From: a virus
Reading direction: 5' to 3' (one strand)
IMG/VR virus record: IMGVR_UViG_3300020057_000029
Location: 32,001 to 96,000 of that record
Length of the DNA: 64,000 nt
How positions within the stretch are numbered: the stretch's first letter is position 1; each line of letters starts with the position of its first letter. The notes beneath the pieces are model-generated. The model ran no database searches and was not told the origin of the DNA. It saw only the letters and a program-made list of their open reading frames with translations. This document shows, piece after piece, positions 1 to 11,155 of the stretch. The position numbers were made by a program, and so were the translations under genes.

Positions 1-1669
1 TTCGGGTATTTTACAGCGTATTATGAGCACTATTACGGAAGCTCGCCGTACAATGTCCGCTGCAATCGATCTTATTAGTGCGGTTAGATCTGACGTAGGA
101 AAACCTCTTGAAGTTTTGCGTCAAACCGCATTGTTTGTAAAAGATCTTTCAGGCGTAGTTACCAGCGTGGCCGACCTCCCATCTCAGATCCAGAAAGATT
201 ATTCTAGTTCTATTAAGGAATCGATGAGGATTTTGAAGGATTCAATATCTTCATCTTCTAGCGATCCAAGGGTTATATCTGCCTTATCTGCAATTGTAAC
301 AAGCTCTCTACTAACCGAGGGATTGAGCATTGCTGCTATAGCCGGTGGTCAACTTGGCGATCAGGCCGCTATAAATCAGACCCTAGATCCTTCTAATAAT
401 ATTTTTGATAATCCAGAGCGCAACTTTGATCTCATGGATATGGTTCCCGTGTTCAGTCTGCAGCTAAACGATGCTCAGCAGTTTGCTGTCGATACGATTA
501 TAGAAGATGCTCGCGAAACTACCGTGGACGATCTTCGTGAATTCCGCGCCGTAATTGCAGATCTAACCACCCAGCTCTCAAATAATTTTGGAGCAGGGGA
601 TGCATATTACAGTCAGATCTATGGTCGCCCACCTCCCAAATCACGCATTCAGTCCATGACACTGGACGAATACGGTATTTTAAAGGCCCTGTATGAAGTC
701 TTGCAGTCTTATGATATTTTAACTGCTACTACGGATATTGACGATTTGAACAAGAAAACCAATATGGAATACGTAGCTGGCTTGGCCGATGCTGCAGGTA
801 TTCCTTTTGACCTGCCAAATAGTAAAATCCTTGTTCCAGTTCCTTTTGGTAAAAACGTTGAACAGATTGCCCTGCGCTATCTTGGGGATGCTCAGAAATG
901 GCTTGAAATCGTCACCTTGAATAATTTGAGAGATCCTTATATTGATGAAGACGGTTTTAAACGATCACTGCTGTCCAATGCAACTGGAAGGCAAATCACA
1001 ATAAACAACATAGAGAATCTTTACATAGGACAACGCGTACTGATTGGATCAACTGCTCAGGCCCAGTCTGCTCGTAGAATTTTAGATCTAGGTCGTCTTT
1101 CTGATACTTCTTTTCTGGTCACCTTGGATGGAGAAGCTGATTTAGATCCATATACGATTGCAGATCTTGCTTATATGCAGGCCTATCTGCCTGGCACCGT
1201 AAACAGTCAGCAAAAAATCTTCATTCCTAGCACTTTACCGGTTCCTGAAAGTGACAATATCGTGATCCCTGCCTCTGTACAGGCCGTAGACCTAGTAGGG
1301 CTTAGCAAGGTGGACTGGTTATTGACCGAATCAGGCGATCTAGCAACGAATAGTTATGGTGATTTTAGATACGCTGCTGGTATTACTAATTTAATTCAAG
1401 CCATAAGAATCAAGCTTTCTACCCCAAAAGGAAGACTTATAACCCATCCAGAGTTTGGGATGGGTATAAGACCAGGTGTTATGACTTCTGAAGTGGACGT
1501 TCAGGATATCTACAATTCTATTAACAAAATGATCGAAGATGACTCACGTTATCAAGGGCTTGACAGTCTTCAGATTACTATTAATGGACCAACTTTGTCA
1601 ATCAATATGGGCGTAATGATTGCTGGTCAACAAGGGGTTTTCCCTCTTAGTTTCCAAATGCCCATATAG
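1..1669 (+). CDS. Baseplate protein with LysM-like segment and C-terminal gp25/GPW-like domain (probably 5'-truncated)
   Basis: Frame is open from base 2, first ATG at 23. VPFGKNVEQIALRYLGDAQKWLEIVTLNNL is LysM/tail-X-like; NLIQAIRIKLSTPKGRLITHPEFGMG is a gp25-like motif. Lies directly upstream of baseplate J. Confidence 0.7.
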   Translation, partial: SGILQRIMSTITEARRTMSAAIDLISAVRSDVGKPLEVLRQTALFVKDLSGVVTSVADLPSQIQKDYSSSIKESMRILKDSISSSSSDPRVISALSAIVTSSLLTEGLSIAAIAGGQLGDQAAINQTLDPSNNIFDNPERNFDLMDMVPVFSLQLNDAQQFAVDTIIEDARETTVDDLREFRAVIADLTTQLSNNFGAGDAYYSQIYGRPPPKSRIQSMTLDEYGILKALYEVLQSYDILTATTDIDDLNKKTNMEYVAGLADAAGIPFDLPNSKILVPVPFGKNVEQIALRYLGDAQKWLEIVTLNNLRDPYIDEDGFKRSLLSNATGRQITINNIENLYIGQRVLIGSTAQAQSARRILDLGRLSDTSFLVTLDGEADLDPYTIADLAYMQAYLPGTVNSQQKIFIPSTLPVPESDNIVIPASVQAVDLVGLSKVDWLLTESGDLATNSYGDFRYAAGITNLIQAIRIKLSTPKGRLITHPEFGMGIRPGVMTSEVDVQDIYNSINKMIEDDSRYQGLDSLQITINGPTLSINMGVMIAGQQGVFPLSFQMPI

Positions 1670-1706
1670 GCTATGATATAAGTCTTACAAGGACAATCTT
1701 TATACT

Positions 1707-4700
1707 ATGAGTGACTTGCCAAATCCAAAATCTTATGAAGCAGTGCTTGCAGATATGCTCTCAACCTATGCTACTAAGCAGGGTATTAACGATTTTAACG
1801 TAGGATCAGCTGTAACCAGTTTTTTTGAGACTGTAGCCCTTGCTACTGTTCGCGCATCTGGCGACGTATTTCAGATTCTCCGTGATTTTTCTGTAGATCG
1901 TGCAACCGGTGACACACTTAAGCGCTTGGCTATCGAGAATCGTGTAGCTCCTGTTACCGCAAAACCAGCCACTGGTCAGGTTACTGTTACCGATACTGGT
2001 TTTACCAAGAAATCCACTAAGATATACGCTGGCGCTATGTCTCCAAATATCGGCTCTACCTCTATCAAGGTTAGCGATACTACCGCCTGGACGGCCACTG
2101 GGTCAATCTATATTGGTCGTGGAACCCCTAATATTGAAGGGCCAATTCCTTACGTCTCCATTGCGCCTTCTGGTAGTTTTTTCGTTATCAATCTCAGTGT
2201 TCCTACGACTAAGTTCCATAACGTAGGCGAGACTGTAATTTTAGCTCAGGGCGGAAATCGCTCTATTCCTGTAAATTCCATCGCTGTTTCTCCAGCTGTA
2301 GGCTCTAGTTCTGATCTTCAGTTTGCTGTAACCACTGCTGCTATAATTCTTGATGGTGAAGTTTCTGTTGGCAATGTGCAAGTTGCTTCTTTGACACCTG
2401 GAGCTGACGGAAACGTACCGCGCGGCGCTATTAAGCAGTTTTCAAACCCTCCTTTTGCCGGTGCTGCTGTAACCAACACCCTTCCGTTTATTACCGGCAA
2501 GGATTCTGAGACTGATGATCAGCTTCGAGTGCGTATCAAACGTGCTATCGAATCTCGTGGCCTTGGCACGGCAACTGCTGTAAAAAATTCTGTAATCGGA
2601 GCAGCTCCTTCTGATGAAGATGCCACTATTGTTAGCTCTGACATATTGTCAAATTCAGACGGCGCTATTCTTTACATTGACGATGGTTCTGGATATGAGG
2701 CCAAAAATACTGGCGTAGGGCTTGAAGCAATTGTAAATAGTGCTATCGGTGGTGAACAGTTTTTTCAATTATCTACCGGTGGACGCCAAACATCTGTAAC
2801 CAAAGCATTCTTGATTTCTACTCTTTCTGCTCCATTTGATATTATCGATGGCGATACGCTGGCGTTAATTGTTGGCGAAACCACTTATCAGCATGTGTTT
2901 ACTTCTTCTGACTTTCGCTCTCCAGGTGGTGTTACTGCCAATGAAGTTACGGCTTCTGTGAATGCTAACCCCGAACTTGGTTTTGAGGCTACCACTTCAG
3001 GCGGTGGTCTATATGTTGTTTTCCGCTCTAAAACAGAAGGCAGTGACAATATAAAAATTTCCACTCCCACTACTTCTGGGCGCGACGCTTCTGTACAGCT
3101 GGGCTTGTCAGAAAACGAAATCCAAACCCTACGTCTTTATAAGAACAAAATACCCCTAAACAAAGATGGTAAAACAGCCTCTGTGTTTACGCAGGAGCAG
3201 TCTTTGTGGTCGCCAACCATTGTTACGGGTGACACACTCATTCTTTTGGTCGATGGAACTGCCGCTATTACTTACACTGTTTATGATGCCGACTTTATTG
3301 CCACAGGGCTTTACACCAGTGTTTCTTCTGCGAACTCTCTAGACTCCTGGGCAGAAGTTCTAACGGCAAAACTTACTGGAGTAACAGTATCTGTAGTTGG
3401 CCAACGTTTGAGAATTACTTCTAATCTAGGCTCTAACAATCGTGCGGAAGTTGTCATAGATGGAGCATCTTCGTTAGTTACAAAGGGAATGCTTAGTTCT
3501 CTAACAGGTCTTTCTGCTCAAGGTAAGGCTTCTGATTTTATTCTTTCTAGAAATACCGCCCAGATAGAACTGGCTGTACCCTTGGTTGCTGGAGATGTCT
3601 TAGAAGCTGGAACTACCCAGACTGAAGCTAGAATCCAATCTCTTGAGATTCCAGGTGGAAGTGTTGCTTTTTCTGCAGATGCTCATATCTGGCTGTTGAT
3701 TGATAATCCAGGGGAAATCATTGTTACTGGTGTAGCTGGAAATACGATTATAGACGTGACCAAGCCAGCCACTAATACCGTTCGTTATGTGACCACTATC
3801 CCAAGCGCATTTGACAATGTTGTGGTTGGTGACTACATAATTATTTGGTCTGAAGAGTTAAACATAAATAACCGCCTAGAAGGTCGGGTACATGCCAAGA
3901 CCGGCACCACGCTAGATATTGTTGTAACCGCCGCCGAATGGGCTGCAGCCGTAGCCGAATCTGGAATCCTTTTTTCTGAAGGCTTTGTAATCCTTCGCAG
4001 TACTTTAGCTCCGCAAAAATTTCGTATCACGCTTGGTCCTAAGACCCTTGATGATATTACCCAAGAGCTTCAGGATCAAACCAACAGTCTGATTTTCTCT
4101 GTTCTTGAAGACAGATATATAGTTGTGCGCTCTAGGACAAAAAACACCAATGGTTATGTACTGGTTGTAACCGCCGACCTAGAAGGAAAACTTTTAAATC
4201 TACCTGCAAATACGAGCAATACGAGCAAAGATTCTCTTATAGCTTTTTACGACAGTCGGACTCGTGAGGGTCAGCTGCCTCGTTTTGTGCATTCTTCGTT
4301 TGCTGCCGGTTCTGCCGCCAATCCTCCAGATAGTTTTACAGCATCGGTTACTTCAAATATTTCTTTTGCCGGTCGCGATCCTAATGAATTGATCTGCGAA
4401 CTCCATCCCTATGGCGCAATACCAGACTCACAGCCATACGGAGAATGCGCACAGGTCAAGAGTATTGCCGGTCCTGTAGTAACTATTGCCGAGCAAGCTT
4501 TGATTCGCAGAATGCGCATTGATGATCGCTTCTTTATTGCCAACCCCTTGGACTTTGGCTTCTCAGACACTGCTGTAGTTGTCTTGGACAACGACACTAC
4601 CGCTAAATCTTTTGAAATGCCGTTCTATCGCAGAGCTGTAACTAACACTTCGTTTGCCAACAATCCTTCTAGTTTTAACGCATATGATGTTGATGCCGGT

Positions 4701-7700
4701 CCTGTTGTAAACTTTGCATCTTCTTTTGGCCCTGGCTTTGATTTTCAACAATTCAAAGTATTAATGCAGGCAAAAAAAGTATTAAAACACGCTCTTCCTG
4801 AGACAGCATTGCTTTATCGCTCAGCACGCTGGGGTCGTTCTGGTGAAAAAATTACCGTAGGATACGATTACCCAGGCGGTCCCAACGCTCTTGTCACCAG
4901 CAATATAGATGTAAGTAACTCAGTTGATATCCGTATCGTATTAGCCTCTGGTGCCGCAATAGCAAGCGCTGTAGATGGTTCTACTGAATGGGATATCACT
5001 GTTACCCCAAATACTCCAATCGCCGGAGTAGACCAAGTCACGTACACCTGGACTGGACTGGGTACCAATCCCTCCATAACCCTTTCGGGCGGTGAATATG
5101 TAAATATTACCAATCAAACTGAATTTGATGAAGCTAATATTGGGATTTTCCGTATTTCTTCAGAAGTAGGGTTCACACCTACTCCCACTAGTTTTTCTGT
5201 TCAAAGACCTACCGCCGCAGCCGTAGCCGAATCCAATAAATCCACTCTCGTACCAGGAGCAATATCGTTTTATGCGTCTGCTTCTACGACTGCAGCCGAT
5301 GTAAAAGCTTATGTAGACACCGACCTGGCCCTTTATGTCACCGCTACTATCGTGAACGATGGCGGTACTTCCGGCTCAGGCGTCTTTGTAGAAAGCACAT
5401 ACGAAGATTCTGGTTTCTCGTATGACAGGGTAAGTCTTTTAGATGGTATTAACTGGATTGCTTCTAACGATTTGTCAGTAAGCCCTCAGTTTACTTTTAA
5501 GAAACCCCTCGATCTCTCAAGCGACGTAGGCTATGCCTTCAATAGTTCAGAGGAGGTAAGACTTGTTCCTACCACTCACGAACAGGTTAAACGCTTACTT
5601 TCCGTTTTGGCAGTAACTGGTTTCACGACTGTAGGCACAATCGGCACAACCGAACGTGCTTCCAGACTAGAACTAGCAACACAAATCCTTGGAAGCAAGG
5701 GTGCTGTGCAAATTATTGGCGGCTTAGCTAACAAATACGAAGTTCCCGTTCTAGATATTGCTACCCGTTTAAACAACACTGTAATGAGCGTTTCTGCTGA
5801 TCGCGTATCTGCTCAGGGCGTTCATTCAGATCAGTGGTTCCGACTTGAAGCAACCGTAAAACAACGCAAAGAAACGCTTCTTTCTTCTAACAGCGGTGTA
5901 ACCATTATTGGGAATAGTCCTGCTTCTGGCAAATCCACTGTTATGTTTAACAATAGAGAGCTCAATCAGCGTTATTTTGGCAAGCCAAGACACCATGTTC
6001 GATCACGCGGAAATACTTTTCGTGTAGAAAAACAAGGTAATTTGGTTTGTATCAGCTGGAATCTAGTTGGCACAAGCCCTGACTTCCTACTGTCTGCTGT
6101 AGATTTCAATGACGCAGGCGGCGGAACCCTCAACGTTTCTAAAGTAACTGGAGGCAATGACGTTGAGTATATCGTTTTAACTGGCAATGCCAACTTTAAT
6201 GGCCTGTCCATCGGAGACTTGGTTACTGTTGCCAACATGCCTGATCCAGATAACAACGGTACATTCCTTGTAACCGGAGTATCCAGTAACGGTAAAACCC
6301 TACGAGTTTTAAATTCTGCTTCTGTAAACGAATTCTCGTCTGGAACCTTCACGTTTTCTGCCAATTCCACTGCAGGTGACCAGTTTACAATCGGTATTAC
6401 GAATTTAATCGCCGGTACCAATTTTGCAATTGGCGCTACTGCCGCTGATACTGCTGCTAATCTATCGGCTGTAATTGGCACCGTTCCAGGCGCAAACAGT
6501 ACTGTTAACGGTCTTGTTGTCACTGTAACCGCAAACGCTCCCAGTTCTACTTTGGCTTTGGCGTATTCTGGCACACTGGTTGTAACCGTATCAGGCGCTT
6601 CCATCGTAGGTCAATCCTTTAACGCCTCTGATTTCTCAGCTTCTACTGAAGTATCTGAAGGTGACACTCTAATCATGAGCAATCCTTTTGCTGTACTTAA
6701 CCAGGGCAAGTTTCTCGTAATTCGCAGATATGACGATAGTATCTGGATTGAAAACCCTAATGTAGTTGAAGAAGAAGTTACCCTTCCTGCAAATCTGATC
6801 AGTTTGGGCTTTGATGCAACGACTTCTTTCAAGGTAAACGCTACCAATCATACTCAATATTTAAATTGGAATGGCGTAGGGCTTGAGCCAAGTCTTGGAA
6901 ATGCCAAAGTAGGCGACGTGGTACGTTTTGGAACAGACTTTGCCGTTGCCAACCAGGGCAATTTCATGGTCATCTCTGCTGGCGCTAAGAAACAACAAAT
7001 TGAAAGATTTGTGATGCCTACTGGTGCTCAATTTACTATTGGTGGCCCAGGCAAGTATTTCCTATTGAACTCTGCCGGTGACGTGAATCAATACTATGTA
7101 TGGTTTAACATAAACGGTTCTAACTCAGATCCAGCCCCAGGCGGTCTAACACCAGTGCTGGCAGCAATTCTCAGCGGCGATAGCTCTGCACAGGTAGCCG
7201 CAAAAACTGCCTTAGCTATCACTGGAACTTCAGATATTTCAGCAACTTCTCTAAACAATGAAGTTACTTCTACGACTAGCGGTTTCCAAGAAACCACTGC
7301 AGCGTCTAACTTCAACGTTCCGGCCCCTTTCACTGCTGCTTTGGTACAAGCTGGTAAGCGTTCATTTCTTGAAGCAACAAATCCTTCTGCCGTAAACGAA
7401 GCTGCGGTATTCGTTATTGGAAGTGTTCTGGAAGACCACAGACCTCAGATGCAATTCCTTGAAATCGAAGCTTCGGTTTTTGGCGATAAGGTTGTTGCTA
7501 CTGGAGACACTCTGACCCTTTCGAACGCAGGGTCTTGGGTGATTGATGAGGTTATAGATCGCAATACTGCAGTCGTTATTGGCACCATGGCAAATGTAGA
7601 CAATGCAAGTCTGAACAACAGAGAGTCTTCGGTCTTCGTAGAAGAAGCTGCATTCTATTTTGGTTACAAACACGTACTTCTGGTTTCTGCTCAAGCTGGC

Positions 7701-8252
7701 GCTCCTCAACGTACACAAATCGTATTCGACACGAATGCCCAGTCTTCTAAGATCAACGAAGCAGCTGGCGTACAACTGATTTCTGTTAACAAGATGGATT
7801 TTAACACCCTTATAAAGAAAGGCCTGGACAGTTATAGATACGATACAGGTCTAATCGGTGAGGCCAATAGAATTGTCTACGGTGACCCTAGAGATTCCAC
7901 TACGTATCCAGGTTCTGGTGCAGCTGGTGCCGAGATATTTGTTCGCGAACCTCTCGACCGACGAATTCAAGTTTCTATCAATATTAGAATTGCCACCGGA
8001 GCCCCTTTTGCTCAGCTTGCAGAACAGGTAAGAACTAACGTAAGCTCTCTTATCAACTCTAATAAAATTGGTGTTCCTATCGACTTTAGCTCTATCGTTA
8101 GTGTTGTGAAAGCAGTTCCAGGCGTAGTTTCAGTAGCTATCAGCAGCCCGCAATACGATTCTACTCACGATATTATCTTCATTGCTCCAGGCGAAAAAGC
8201 CAGAATCCTCGATCCAGGACTAGATATTGGCGTGTCTCAGATTGGAACTTAA
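1707..8252 (+). CDS. Giant baseplate J-like wedge protein (2181 aa) with ~1700 aa of inserted beta-rich modules
   Basis: N-terminal J motifs (DFNVGS, ATGDTLKRLA, PGADGNV, G.DSETDDQLRVRI) and C-terminal J-like end (IGVPIDFSSIVSVVKAVPGVVSV...IAPGEKARI). Confidence 0.8.
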   Translation: MSDLPNPKSYEAVLADMLSTYATKQGINDFNVGSAVTSFFETVALATVRASGDVFQILRDFSVDRATGDTLKRLAIENRVAPVTAKPATGQVTVTDTGFTKKSTKIYAGAMSPNIGSTSIKVSDTTAWTATGSIYIGRGTPNIEGPIPYVSIAPSGSFFVINLSVPTTKFHNVGETVILAQGGNRSIPVNSIAVSPAVGSSSDLQFAVTTAAIILDGEVSVGNVQVASLTPGADGNVPRGAIKQFSNPPFAGAAVTNTLPFITGKDSETDDQLRVRIKRAIESRGLGTATAVKNSVIGAAPSDEDATIVSSDILSNSDGAILYIDDGSGYEAKNTGVGLEAIVNSAIGGEQFFQLSTGGRQTSVTKAFLISTLSAPFDIIDGDTLALIVGETTYQHVFTSSDFRSPGGVTANEVTASVNANPELGFEATTSGGGLYVVFRSKTEGSDNIKISTPTTSGRDASVQLGLSENEIQTLRLYKNKIPLNKDGKTASVFTQEQSLWSPTIVTGDTLILLVDGTAAITYTVYDADFIATGLYTSVSSANSLDSWAEVLTAKLTGVTVSVVGQRLRITSNLGSNNRAEVVIDGASSLVTKGMLSSLTGLSAQGKASDFILSRNTAQIELAVPLVAGDVLEAGTTQTEARIQSLEIPGGSVAFSADAHIWLLIDNPGEIIVTGVAGNTIIDVTKPATNTVRYVTTIPSAFDNVVVGDYIIIWSEELNINNRLEGRVHAKTGTTLDIVVTAAEWAAAVAESGILFSEGFVILRSTLAPQKFRITLGPKTLDDITQELQDQTNSLIFSVLEDRYIVVRSRTKNTNGYVLVVTADLEGKLLNLPANTSNTSKDSLIAFYDSRTREGQLPRFVHSSFAAGSAANPPDSFTASVTSNISFAGRDPNELICELHPYGAIPDSQPYGECAQVKSIAGPVVTIAEQALIRRMRIDDRFFIANPLDFGFSDTAVVVLDNDTTAKSFEMPFYRRAVTNTSFANNPSSFNAYDVDAGPVVNFASSFGPGFDFQQFKVLMQAKKVLKHALPETALLYRSARWGRSGEKITVGYDYPGGPNALVTSNIDVSNSVDIRIVLASGAAIASAVDGSTEWDITVTPNTPIAGVDQVTYTWTGLGTNPSITLSGGEYVNITNQTEFDEANIGIFRISSEVGFTPTPTSFSVQRPTAAAVAESNKSTLVPGAISFYASASTTAADVKAYVDTDLALYVTATIVNDGGTSGSGVFVESTYEDSGFSYDRVSLLDGINWIASNDLSVSPQFTFKKPLDLSSDVGYAFNSSEEVRLVPTTHEQVKRLLSVLAVTGFTTVGTIGTTERASRLELATQILGSKGAVQIIGGLANKYEVPVLDIATRLNNTVMSVSADRVSAQGVHSDQWFRLEATVKQRKETLLSSNSGVTIIGNSPASGKSTVMFNNRELNQRYFGKPRHHVRSRGNTFRVEKQGNLVCISWNLVGTSPDFLLSAVDFNDAGGGTLNVSKVTGGNDVEYIVLTGNANFNGLSIGDLVTVANMPDPDNNGTFLVTGVSSNGKTLRVLNSASVNEFSSGTFTFSANSTAGDQFTIGITNLIAGTNFAIGATAADTAANLSAVIGTVPGANSTVNGLVVTVTANAPSSTLALAYSGTLVVTVSGASIVGQSFNASDFSASTEVSEGDTLIMSNPFAVLNQGKFLVIRRYDDSIWIENPNVVEEEVTLPANLISLGFDATTSFKVNATNHTQYLNWNGVGLEPSLGNAKVGDVVRFGTDFAVANQGNFMVISAGAKKQQIERFVMPTGAQFTIGGPGKYFLLNSAGDVNQYYVWFNINGSNSDPAPGGLTPVLAAILSGDSSAQVAAKTALAITGTSDISATSLNNEVTSTTSGFQETTAASNFNVPAPFTAALVQAGKRSFLEATNPSAVNEAAVFVIGSVLEDHRPQMQFLEIEASVFGDKVVATGDTLTLSNAGSWVIDEVIDRNTAVVIGTMANVDNASLNNRESSVFVEEAAFYFGYKHVLLVSAQAGAPQRTQIVFDTNAQSSKINEAAGVQLISVNKMDFNTLIKKGLDSYRYDTGLIGEANRIVYGDPRDSTTYPGSGAAGAEIFVREPLDRRIQVSINIRIATGAPFAQLAEQVRTNVSSLINSNKIGVPIDFSSIVSVVKAVPGVVSVAISSPQYDSTHDIIFIAPGEKARILDPGLDIGVSQIGT

Positions 8253-8255
8253 CAA

Positions 8256-9875
8256 ATGGCAATAACAACTCCAGAAGAACAGTACAAAAGACTGCGCTCA
8301 TATTTAAACCCTGCTATTAAGGGCAAAAGTGTAGATGCTGTCCTCGACGCCTTGGCTGTAGGCAATGCTGCCCACTTGATCAACAACGTTCGCGCAGTAA
8401 ATGACCAACTTTATATCGCCACGGCCTCAGGTCGTTATCTGGATGAGCGCTTGGCAGATGCTAACATTTCTCGTCCACCCGCCGTAGGTCTTTCAGACGA
8501 AGTATTCCGGCAAATCGGTATTGAAGTAAAGAACCGTAAACAGATTCGTGATCTGATAAACAATCTCTTGAGTGCCATTTTTGGAGATGAATTTGTTCGC
8601 GCAAGTTCCTCTGCTCGTGCATTTGCGCCGTACAATCTTCAAGATGGCGATACTTTTCTGATCAATTTTGATGAAAAAACCGATGCTATTATCACTTTTA
8701 ACACTGGTGAATTTCAAAACATAGCAGCGGCTTCAGCCCAGGAAGTAGCAGATGCTATTACCAAAGAGCTGCGCTCAGCCGGTCTTACTGGCACTGCTGT
8801 TGCAAAAGACGATGGTAATGGCCCCTATACCCAAATCTTTTCTGATACTATTGGTCCAGCGTCTTCCGTAACCATTAAAGGCGGTCGCGCTCAGAATGAG
8901 CTTCTTTTTGATTCTACTGTGGCAGCTGGTGGAAACATGTCTACTCAATGGACCCTATCCCTCCAGCCAGGCGGTAACATTCGCTTTACATGGACTGGTG
9001 GAGCCAATCCACAGCTGGGCAAGGTTACTCCAAACGATTATGTGAACGTATTCGGCGGCGGGTTTTCCGCTTCTGCAAACGAAGGCAGCTATACAATTAT
9101 TGCCTCACGCGGAGGCGCAGTTGGTGTGCAGTATTTTGAGGTTTTCAATCCTTTGGGTACAACTGGAATTGTGGTTCAAGGAATCAATGATGCTGTTTTG
9201 TTCTTCAGGGCCGTGAAGAAAACCCTTTCTTCTTTACTCTCCTATGCTGCCGCATATCAAACACAGTCTAAGGTCTTACAGGTATTTTTACCTGCTGCTA
9301 CCAAGGTGGTACGTCGCGACCGTAGAGGTTCTTCTCACTTGCACGATCCTTCTGATCCCGTTTCTTTGCTTCCCAATCAGGAAGGCCCTTATGCCTATGA
9401 TCTAACCCAGCCTTTCACCGTAAGCCATATTGGAACATTGTTAACTCAGGATTTAGACGGATCTGTTTCCAGAGTTGTTAGTGTAGCAAATGCCTCTGCG
9501 TTCCCAGACGAACAAGGAAATTTAATCTTAGGGTACGGCACTAGCCACCAAGAAGGCCCTGTACCTTACATTGCCCGTCCTTCTTCTACCACACTGTTGA
9601 TCAGTCCTGCCTACAACGTTAAAAAGTTTCACCCAAACGGAACAGACGTTGCCTTGGTTTCTCAGAAGACCGCTTCTGATATCAGCAGTGATGGTTATGA
9701 TTACCCATTTTATATTACCGATGTAGTAGCAGGACGTATTTACGCTCAGGATCTGATCAAGAGCGTGGCTGCAACTGGTATCACTATTATCTTTACCGTA
9801 CTGTATCCATCAGATATTGGGCTCGGCAAGTGGGGTACGCAATATAGCGAAAACCCCCAAATTTGGGGGGAATAA
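8256..9875 (+). CDS. Baseplate wedge/tail-associated protein
   Basis: Follows J. TASGRYLDERLA...GLSDEVFR resembles gpI-type wedge N-termini. Shares internal modules with the J protein. Confidence 0.6.
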   Translation: MAITTPEEQYKRLRSYLNPAIKGKSVDAVLDALAVGNAAHLINNVRAVNDQLYIATASGRYLDERLADANISRPPAVGLSDEVFRQIGIEVKNRKQIRDLINNLLSAIFGDEFVRASSSARAFAPYNLQDGDTFLINFDEKTDAIITFNTGEFQNIAAASAQEVADAITKELRSAGLTGTAVAKDDGNGPYTQIFSDTIGPASSVTIKGGRAQNELLFDSTVAAGGNMSTQWTLSLQPGGNIRFTWTGGANPQLGKVTPNDYVNVFGGGFSASANEGSYTIIASRGGAVGVQYFEVFNPLGTTGIVVQGINDAVLFFRAVKKTLSSLLSYAAAYQTQSKVLQVFLPAATKVVRRDRRGSSHLHDPSDPVSLLPNQEGPYAYDLTQPFTVSHIGTLLTQDLDGSVSRVVSVANASAFPDEQGNLILGYGTSHQEGPVPYIARPSSTTLLISPAYNVKKFHPNGTDVALVSQKTASDISSDGYDYPFYITDVVAGRIYAQDLIKSVAATGITIIFTVLYPSDIGLGKWGTQYSENPQIWGE

Positions 9876-10303
9876 TGGCTGCACCAATAATTCTAGCTGG
9901 GGCACATATAAAATTATACCTAAACAACAAGCTGTATAAAGTTGCTCAAAGCGTTTCTTTTACCGTCGATTACGACGAAACCGCTATTTATGGTATTGAT
10001 TCCATGTATGCTCAAGAAATTTGCGCTAACAGAATTTCAGTAAGCGGTAACGTGAGTGGTTTACGTGTTAGGCAAAGCGGTGGACTGCAGGCGCAAGAGC
10101 TTCGCCCTTTGTTTCAGGATGCTGCCGCCGCACCGTACATATCCCTTCGCGTACAAGACAGGTCAACTGGAGAAGATATTATTTTTATTCCCAATTGCAA
10201 GGTGTCTAACGAAGGCCATACCGCTGCGGTGAGGGGTACTTATAAGCTTAACTTTAGTTTCGTCGGCCAGATCCCACTATTTGCACTAGACAGATCTTCT
10301 TAA
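9875..10303 (+). CDS. Tail tube-like / tube-initiator protein
   Basis: ATG overlaps the upstream TAA (TAATG). AQSVSFTVDYDETAIYGIDS...RISVSG is a tube-like pattern; 142 aa. Confidence 0.55.
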   Translation: MAAPIILAGAHIKLYLNNKLYKVAQSVSFTVDYDETAIYGIDSMYAQEICANRISVSGNVSGLRVRQSGGLQAQELRPLFQDAAAAPYISLRVQDRSTGEDIIFIPNCKVSNEGHTAAVRGTYKLNFSFVGQIPLFALDRSS

Positions 10304-10310
10304 GACTTTT

Positions 10311-10517
10311 TTAGCTTTTTCTTTTGATCGCACGAACGGGTTGAAATTCCATTCCCTGGATATCGCCAACCTTAAACTGACCCTTACTCTTTAAATCAAG
10401 AACGGTAGTTTTTGACAGGTTTTTGTTATTAAAATGCTCTACTAGCATTTCTTCTTTGTCAAAGCCGTCCATCTCAAATCCGAATACATATCCGTCTTTT
10501 AGGATTACGATTACCAT
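10311..10517 (-). CDS. Hypothetical protein
   Basis: ATG at 10517 coupled to the upstream stop (ORF track starts at 10562). Confidence 0.55.
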   Translation of the reverse strand: MVIVILKDGYVFGFEMDGFDKEEMLVEHFNNKNLSKTTVLDLKSKGQFKVGDIQGMEFQPVRAIKRKS

Positions 10518-11155
10518 TATTTGTTTCCGTGTTTTGCCTTGATTTGTTCGTTTGCTATCCAAGATTCTATTAGGCTCAAGCTTACGGGCTTATACGCATT
10601 TGCTCTAACGCCCACGTCGTATTGACGATCAGTAGATCGCGGCTTAGTTTTGCCATCGGAATGAATATGCCCGTGAAGGTGGAAGTCTACCGTAAGATCT
10701 TGAGAAGTAAATCGTTGATTCTTATGCTCGCCATGCCAGTTTTCGTTTTCTTTGGCACCTTTCATATTCGCAACGTCTTCTCGAAAGATCCCAGGAAGCG
10801 GACAGTGACTCATGGAAATACGTTTATCTCCAAGGTATATCACAGCAGTATTAAGAACTACGTCAAAACCCACACCGTACATTGAATAGGTGTTCTTGTC
10901 ATGATTACCCAGGATCAAAACTTTGGTGCCGTTAAGCCGTTCAATCACTTTTTTGAGAACATCTCCACTGCCCATACCCATGTCGCCAAGAAAATAGCAA
11001 ACATCTCCATCGCGCACTGATGCGTTGTAATTATTTACCAGCACTCTGTGCATGTGGTTTAGATCTTCGAAAGGTCTTTTGTCATAAATCAATACGTTAG
11101 CATGTCCTACATGCCAATCCGAAGTTATAAATATGTTTTTTCGATGATTGCTCAT
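10517..11155 (-). CDS. Calcineurin-like metallophosphoesterase
   Basis: SDWH, LGD, GNHD, SH and HGHIH motifs. Confidence 0.9.
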   Translation of the reverse strand: MSNHRKNIFITSDWHVGHANVLIYDKRPFEDLNHMHRVLVNNYNASVRDGDVCYFLGDMGMGSGDVLKKVIERLNGTKVLILGNHDKNTYSMYGVGFDVVLNTAVIYLGDKRISMSHCPLPGIFREDVANMKGAKENENWHGEHKNQRFTSQDLTVDFHLHGHIHSDGKTKPRSTDRQYDVGVRANAYKPVSLSLIESWIANEQIKAKHGNK